Origin: Thermodesulfobacteriota bacterium
GTDB taxonomy: Bacteria > Desulfobacterota_D > UBA1144 > Nemesobacterales > Mycalebacteriaceae
NCBI GenBank assembly: GCA_965226585.1
Contig: OZ245366.1
Coordinates: 1-64,000, forward strand
DNA: 64,000 nt
Reading direction: 5' to 3'
The translations under genes were made by a program, and so were the position numbers. A model generated the notes under the pieces. That model did not search any database and had not been told where the DNA came from. It saw nothing but the letters and a program-made list of their open reading frames with translations. Of the stretch, positions 58,486-64,000 are shown piece by piece (position 1 is the stretch's first letter; each line of letters begins with the position of its first letter).

Positions 58486-60180
58486 TTACCTCCCCCGCTT
58501 CCAAGTCCCCTTCGTAATCCCCTTTTCCCTCAACTTATTCTTCTGCACCCTCTCCGTTCCAGTTTTCGGCAAACTCTTCTCAAACCTTATAAAACCCGGA
58601 ATCATAAACGCGGGCATAAGCGGCTCTAAAAACTTCACTATCTCCTCAGGCTCCGGCTTTGCCCCCTTTTTCGGCACTATCACCGCCATAACCTCATCCT
58701 CCGCATGACCGCCAGCCATCGCTTTTATTCCCACCGCCGCGCACTCCTCTATCTGCGGATGCGATGAAATTACCTTCTCAACCTCAAACGAACTTATGTT
58801 CTCACCCCGCCGCCTGATGTAATCCTTCACCCTGTCCATAAAATAGATGTATCCGTCCCCGTCCATCCACCCCGCATCGCCCGTGTGGAACCAGAAATTG
58901 CGGAAATCCTCAACCGTTTTTTCAGGCATTTTGTTGTAGTAGTGAAGCATTATGTTCGGAACTCGCGGACGCACCACTATCTCTCCCACCTCGCCGCGCT
59001 TTCTCTCCTCATCAGAATCAGGGTCAACTATCTTTATCTCATATCCGGGGGCTTCCTTGCCGCACGAGCCTACCCTGAACGGCTCGCCGGGACGCATCCA
59101 TGTACATTGCCCCGTTTCCGTGAGCCCGTAGCCCTCCATCAACTTTATGTTAAACCGCTTCATAAACGGCTCTATTATGTCGTGCGGAGCGGGCGAGCCG
59201 AGAACCAGTTTTACGCCGTGCGTTTTCTCTTCGGGCGATGGCGGCGTGTTCCACATAAAATACGAAACCGTGCCGACCGTGTTAAAACGGGTTATTTTGT
59301 AATCGTTCATCCACTTCCAGAAACGGCTCGCGCTGTATTTCTCCTCAACCACCGCAAGCGCGCCTTTGATTAGGCACGGGTACACCGTCAGCACCATTGC
59401 GTTGGAATGAAACAGCGGCAAACAGGTGAAATAAACATCTTTTGCCCCAACGTCCATTATCTCCGCGCAATTTCTCGCGCTGCTGTAATCCGCCGCGCTT
59501 GGGCGTATCACGCCCTTTGAACGCCCCGTTGTTCCCGATGTGAACATAAGCCGCGCCGGGTCTGTGAACAAAACCTCAACCTTCGGCTCTGCGGTGGAAG
59601 CCCCTTTCATAAAATCGCGGTAGGATTCCGTTCCGCTCTGTTTCCAGCCCTGCCGGTTGAACTTCGCCCCGCCGCCGCGCGTCCACACAACGGCGCGCCG
59701 GAGACTTTTCAATTCTTTTGCGATGGGCGGCATACGGTCAAGGTATTCTTCTGCGATAAACAGGGCGGCAGAGTCTGAAGAGTCTATGATGTATTGCAGA
59801 AATCCGGCTTTATACGCCGTGTTTATCGGAACCATCACCGCGCCCGCTTTGAGGATTCCGAACCATACAATCACATAGTCATCGGAATTGGGCATAAGCA
59901 CGGCAACTTTGTCGCCTTTGCCGACCCCGCGTTTTTTTAGGGCGTTTGCCACTTTGTTGGCAAGTGAGTTTGTTTGTTTGAAGCTGAGCGGTTTTTTCGC
60001 GCCGAATTTCAGGAAGGGTTTATCGCCGAGTTTCCGCGCTTGTTCTTTCAGCACACGTGGGAGTGTCCATTTTGTTCTGTCTTCTTTGAGGTACCACTCA
60101 ACATCAAACTTGCGGGAGCGTTTGAAGGTGATTGAATGGCGAAGGTCTTTTGTTTTGCGGCGGGGTTTTTTTGCGGGCAT
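58486..60180 (-). CDS. Acyl-CoA synthetase (CaiC-like AMP-binding enzyme)
   Basis: FTSGTTGRSKG, LPLFHSNA, EGYGLTE, WFHTGD, DRVKDYIRRRGENISSFEVE, LPKTGTERVQK. Confidence 0.9.
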   Translation of the reverse strand: MPAKKPRRKTKDLRHSITFKRSRKFDVEWYLKEDRTKWTLPRVLKEQARKLGDKPFLKFGAKKPLSFKQTNSLANKVANALKKRGVGKGDKVAVLMPNSDDYVIVWFGILKAGAVMVPINTAYKAGFLQYIIDSSDSAALFIAEEYLDRMPPIAKELKSLRRAVVWTRGGGAKFNRQGWKQSGTESYRDFMKGASTAEPKVEVLFTDPARLMFTSGTTGRSKGVIRPSAADYSSARNCAEIMDVGAKDVYFTCLPLFHSNAMVLTVYPCLIKGALAVVEEKYSASRFWKWMNDYKITRFNTVGTVSYFMWNTPPSPEEKTHGVKLVLGSPAPHDIIEPFMKRFNIKLMEGYGLTETGQCTWMRPGEPFRVGSCGKEAPGYEIKIVDPDSDEERKRGEVGEIVVRPRVPNIMLHYYNKMPEKTVEDFRNFWFHTGDAGWMDGDGYIYFMDRVKDYIRRRGENISSFEVEKVISSHPQIEECAAVGIKAMAGGHAEDEVMAVIVPKKGAKPEPEEIVKFLEPLMPAFMIPGFIRFEKSLPKTGTERVQKNKLREKGITKGTWKRGR

Positions 60181-60227
60181 TGGTTTCTCCCTTTTGTTTT
60201 TTTGTGGATTTGGAAAGTGTCAGTTTA

Positions 60228-60554
60228 TCACGAGTTGCATTGTTCGCACGGGCATTTTTCTCTCAGGAAGTCAAAAGTGTAGATTCCGGTATCGTGTCCG
60301 TCGTTCCATTTGAACTGGACGGCATACATTCCCACTTTGTCTATTTTTTCGGGGTGAAGGTTGCCGTCATTTTTCAGTGGAAGTTTGCCTGTTCTGCTTT
60401 TGCTTCTAAGCCGTCTGCAAGTGGCGCATGGGCAGACGAGGCGCAGGTCTTCATAGGGGTAGATGCTTGAATGTCCGTCACTCCATTCCACAAGCAGGGC
60501 GGAGTCTGTAAATTCCGAGATGGAAGCGGGAGTGATTTTTTTTCGTGAAGACAC
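60228..60554 (-). CDS. DUF971 / GBBH N-terminal-like zinc-binding protein
   Basis: WSDGH..Y..LRLVCPCATC..VGMYAVQFKWNDGHDTGIYTFDFL. Confidence 0.88.
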   Translation of the reverse strand: MSSRKKITPASISEFTDSALLVEWSDGHSSIYPYEDLRLVCPCATCRRLRSKSRTGKLPLKNDGNLHPEKIDKVGMYAVQFKWNDGHDTGIYTFDFLREKCPCEQCNS

Positions 60555-60597
60555 GGGTGGGATTTTACCAGTTTTTTTATGGTTGTGTTTTTGATTG

Positions 60598-61183
60598 TGT
60601 CATTCCGTTGCCCCTCTCACCTCGTCATTCCGTTGTCCCTCCTCCCGTCATTCCTGCCCTCTCTCGTCATTCCTGCGAAAGCAGGAATCCAGTATTACTT
60701 AACCAATTGAATACTGGATTCCGTGTCAAGCACGGAATGACGGAAAGGGGAAAGTGTCATTCCGTTGCCCCTCTCACCTCGTCATTCCTGCGAAAGCAGG
60801 AATCCAGTATTGGCCAACCAGTTGAATACTGGATTCCGTGTCAAGCACGGAATGACGGAAAGGGAAAAAACGTCATTCCGTTGCCCTCCCTCCCCGTCAT
60901 TCCTGCGAAAGCAGGAATCCAGTATTACTTAACCAGTTGAATACTGGATTCCGTGTCAAGCACGGAATGACGGAAAAGGGGAAAAGTGTCATTCCGTTGT
61001 CCCCTCCCCGTCATTCCTGCGAAAGCAGGAATCCAGTATTACCCAACCAGTTGAATACTGGATTCCGTGTCAAGCACGGAATGACGGAAAGGGGAAAAAC
61101 GTCATTCCGTTGTCCCTTCCCCCTCGTCATTCCTGCCCTCCCCGTCATTCCTGCGAAAGCAGGAATCCAGTATTACTCAACCA
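60598..61183. repeat. Repeat locus 8: four units (60665, 60780, 60895, 61009) plus a half unit (61143-61183) fused to the thyX 3' end
   Basis: Direct reading. Confidence 0.95.
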
Positions 61184-62612
61184 CCCTCTTTAACGCAGGG
61201 GCTATCAAGGCGGGGTGATGGCGGCTTACCAACTTCGCAAGTTTCTCAGTCATCTCCCTGATATCCCATTGCGCCCCTTCAGACATTCGCAGGTTTATCA
61301 GGTGGTATAACTCCCAAAGGGTAAAACTTCCCGCCACTTTGCGGTTGTGCGCGTTGGTTACGGCATAACGGGCGGCTTGCCTGCTCTCCCTCGCCAAATC
61401 ACGGAAAAGTTTTTCGCTGAGTTTTACGGACTCCATAAGCACATCTTCCATTCCGGCTTTTTTTACATTCGGCGGGATTGTTACCCCGTAGCAAACATCC
61501 GGCTCTTTGGCGAACCATTCCGCTTTTCTGTGCCGCAATAACTGATGCCAGCACGCCTCGCTTATTGTGAACTCCGCCGTATATGAAACCTGACGCAAGG
61601 CGGGATGAGGGTTGTCATGCTTTCCAAGACTTTTTACGGCGCGGGCAAACTCTTTTTCAAGAGTCTTGCGAGAAAGTTTCAAGGCAGAGGAAATCCCCCG
61701 CGAGTTCTTATACAAAAGCGCGGATATGATTTTGCTCAAAGCAACCGTCTCGCTGTTTTTTGCTCCCTTCCCCGTCCAGTCAAGAAGTTTTACGTGCGGG
61801 GCGTTTCTTGCCGGTATAACTCTCACAGACACAGGCGGAGACCTGCCTTCAAGCGATTTTATGTAGTCATTCTCAGTCGCGTATTTAACAAGTGTCGGCA
61901 CGCTGAAACGGACTTCCTTTTTTATCTCCTCCGCTCTGCGCCTTGCCTCCCCGTAGGGAGATGACAAAAGTTTCATCAAACTTTCCTCAACGGCGCGGGC
62001 GTTGGCGGTCAGCCCAAGATTTGTCATTGATGAAAGATTAAGCGCGTATCTCGCGTCTTCAAATGCGATTTTCTCCAGCGCGCCTTCACTCAACCCCTCG
62101 CGGTTATGACCCTTCAAATACTCAAAAAGTTTTTCGTTCAGTTTTTCATAAATGTCATACTGCTTTCCGCACACGGTCAGGAAACGCTTTTTGAGAGCCG
62201 CCTTTTTTTCCAACTCCGGCGGGATAACAAAATCCTCTCTGCGCGGACGCTGATACCTTTGCGAATATTCGGTGAAAGAAAGATGCTCCGCGCCGGTTTC
62301 AAGAATCGCGCTGAACAGACGCGACACCCGCTCTATGCCAATGTGAACGGTCGCGTGTTCGGCAACCGAAGCGTGTCCGTAATTCAAAACCCACTTCTCG
62401 TGAAACTTCTCCGCCCGCTCCCTGCCGTGCCCCTCTTCTTCAAGCACCTTCGCAATGTTCTTTTTGAAACTCGCCGGACTGCGGCTTACATAGGCGAATA
62501 TCACCGCCACAACCTCTTCGGGCAATCCCGAAACCGTGTAGATGTCGCCTCGCGGAGACGATATGTATTTGCCTATGCCGTCTTGTTTGTCCGTGTTTTT
62601 TCTCTTCGCCAT
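61173..62612 (-). CDS. thyX: FAD-dependent thymidylate synthase, two-domain form
   Basis: YGHASVAEHA, EYSQRY, EDARY in the first half; HQLLRHR and LRMSEGAQWDIR in the second half. Confidence 0.82.
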   Translation of the reverse strand: MAKRKNTDKQDGIGKYISSPRGDIYTVSGLPEEVVAVIFAYVSRSPASFKKNIAKVLEEEGHGRERAEKFHEKWVLNYGHASVAEHATVHIGIERVSRLFSAILETGAEHLSFTEYSQRYQRPRREDFVIPPELEKKAALKKRFLTVCGKQYDIYEKLNEKLFEYLKGHNREGLSEGALEKIAFEDARYALNLSSMTNLGLTANARAVEESLMKLLSSPYGEARRRAEEIKKEVRFSVPTLVKYATENDYIKSLEGRSPPVSVRVIPARNAPHVKLLDWTGKGAKNSETVALSKIISALLYKNSRGISSALKLSRKTLEKEFARAVKSLGKHDNPHPALRQVSYTAEFTISEACWHQLLRHRKAEWFAKEPDVCYGVTIPPNVKKAGMEDVLMESVKLSEKLFRDLARESRQAARYAVTNAHNRKVAGSFTLWELYHLINLRMSEGAQWDIREMTEKLAKLVSRHHPALIAPALKRVVE

Positions 62613-62651
62613 AATGCTGAAATTCCGTCTGCCCCGTCAGTAAGCGGCGCG

Positions 62652-63428
62652 TTAAACTATCTTGTTTTTCTTGACTTCTTCAAGCAGAAGATCCATCACA
62701 GCCGCCGGACTGCCATACAAAACCGCGTCTGCGTAAGGGTCTGCCTCGCTTTCATTCGCGCTTATAAGAGCCGTTTTCGCGCCCTTCATTTTCGCCTGTA
62801 TCGGAAAAGATTTTACCGGCTCAACATCAAGAGACGCGCCCGCGCAGATAAGCAGGTCGCAACCGCCGATTTTTATCCATGCCTCGCGTATTTCCCAGTG
62901 CGGAAGCGGCTGACCCGGAAACGACAGCGGCGGTTTCAAAAGCCCCGTCCGGCAAACCGCGCATTCGGGAACCCGTTTTCCGTCTGATATTGAAGACAGA
63001 ATGTCCATCATCCGGTAGTCCTTTCCGCAGTTCAGGCATTGCGCCCAGTGGATTGAGGAATACATTTCAAGCACCGCCGTATTTCCCGCCTTCGTGTGAA
63101 GCCCGTCAACCGCTTGAGTTATCACGCAGTCAACGCCGCAAACAAGAGACAGTTCATAGATTGCCCGGTGGGCGGCGGAAGGCGCGGCGGCGGCGATTTT
63201 CGGGTAGATGGTTGAGAGTTTTTTCCAGTAATTGGCGCGGACTTCTTCATTTTGTCTGAAGTCGTTAATGTTCGGGTTGAATTCCAGTTCGCCTGCGTCA
63301 ACGATGCCGGTTTCAAGTGTAAGTTCGGGTCCGGTGAGAAAAACGGCGCGTGTTGCCGATGAAAGCCACCCGGCAAGCGCGGCAAGCGCGGTTGTCTCGT
63401 TCTCAATGGGCGGCTGAGCGAGGTTCAT
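62652..63428 (-). CDS. Sir2/CobB-family protein with degenerate catalytic motifs
   Basis: FLTG, PSAAHRAI, ITQAVDGLH, CLNC..CAVC zinc ribbon, LKPPLSFPGQPLP, GASLDVEP. Confidence 0.82.
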   Translation of the reverse strand: MNLAQPPIENETTALAALAGWLSSATRAVFLTGPELTLETGIVDAGELEFNPNINDFRQNEEVRANYWKKLSTIYPKIAAAAPSAAHRAIYELSLVCGVDCVITQAVDGLHTKAGNTAVLEMYSSIHWAQCLNCGKDYRMMDILSSISDGKRVPECAVCRTGLLKPPLSFPGQPLPHWEIREAWIKIGGCDLLICAGASLDVEPVKSFPIQAKMKGAKTALISANESEADPYADAVLYGSPAAVMDLLLEEVKKNKIV

Positions 63429-63450
63429 ATTGTAAAGTCCGTTAAGTCTG

Positions 63451-63480
63451 ATTGTATAGCCCGGCGGTTGTGAGTGTCAA
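63451..63480 (-). promoter_or_regulatory. Putative promoter of the sirtuin-like gene
   Basis: TTGACA-18 nt-TACAAT. Confidence 0.45.
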
Positions 63481-63499
63481 CCCGCGCCTGTCTCTTCCC

Positions 63500-63933
63500 C
63501 GTCATTCCGTGCTTGACACGGAATCCAGTATTCAACTGGTCAACCAATACTGGATTCCTGCTTTCGCAGGAATGACGACTCCTTTTCCCGTCATTCCGTG
63601 CCTGACACGGAATCCAGTATTCAACTGGTTAACCAATACTGGATTCCTGCTTCCGCAGGAATGACGACTCCTTTTCCCGTCATTCCGTGCCTGACACGGA
63701 ATCCAGTATTCAACTGGTCAACCAATACTGGGTTCCTGCTTCCGCAGGAATGACGACTCCTTTTCCCGTCATTCCGTGCCCGACACGGAATCCAGTATTC
63801 AACTGGTCAACCAATACTGGATTCCTGCTTCCGCAGGAATGACGACTCCTTTTCCCGTCATTCCGTGCCTGACACGGAATCCAGTATTCAACTGGTCAAC
63901 CAATACTGGGTTCCTGCTTTCGCAGGAATGACG
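63500..63933. repeat. Repeat locus 9: five units with an exact 89-bp period (63500, 63589, 63678, 63767, 63856)
   Basis: Linker ACTCCTTTTCC; central variant TCAACC or TTAACC; flanked by a 16-bp direct repeat. Confidence 0.97.
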
Positions 63934-64000
63934 AGAGCGGTGTCAACCCGCGCCTTCAACCTTTACCTTTGCCTTCCCTTTCGCAAACCGCACATCCAAC

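Overview
Bacterial chromosomal window from a diderm organism; the taxon cannot be fixed from sequence alone. Housekeeping genes include rpsU-dnaG-rpoD followed by a solitary 5S rRNA, purN, aroF, uppS-dxr-rseP, ispB-like, fbp, purC, serA-hisZ-purA, tatC and thyX. A B12 module comprises cobT-cobS-cbiR-cobU, two FTR1-type permeases, methylmalonyl-CoA mutase, the start of an ethylmalonyl-CoA mutase and a mesaconyl-CoA hydratase-like gene. There are three large surface proteins (two paralogous autotransporters and a 3197-aa trimeric autotransporter adhesin) and two GT-C-type glycosyltransferases. From 24 kb onward there are about 31 full copies of a 78-bp CGTC-type composite palindrome (REP/REPIN-like) at nine loci, one of them in frame inside an autotransporter. 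The most striking unexplained signal is a local strand-composition switch at most of these repeat loci: the top strand is G/T-rich to the left and C/A-rich to the right, regardless of gene orientation and even within single genes. This suggests the repeats are recurrent break or ssDNA sites that leave a polar mutational footprint. Other oddities are a sigma-70 with substituted melting residues, an apparently catalytically dead sirtuin, and a GT2 fused to an STT3-like domain. All base counts quoted are manual and need computational confirmation.
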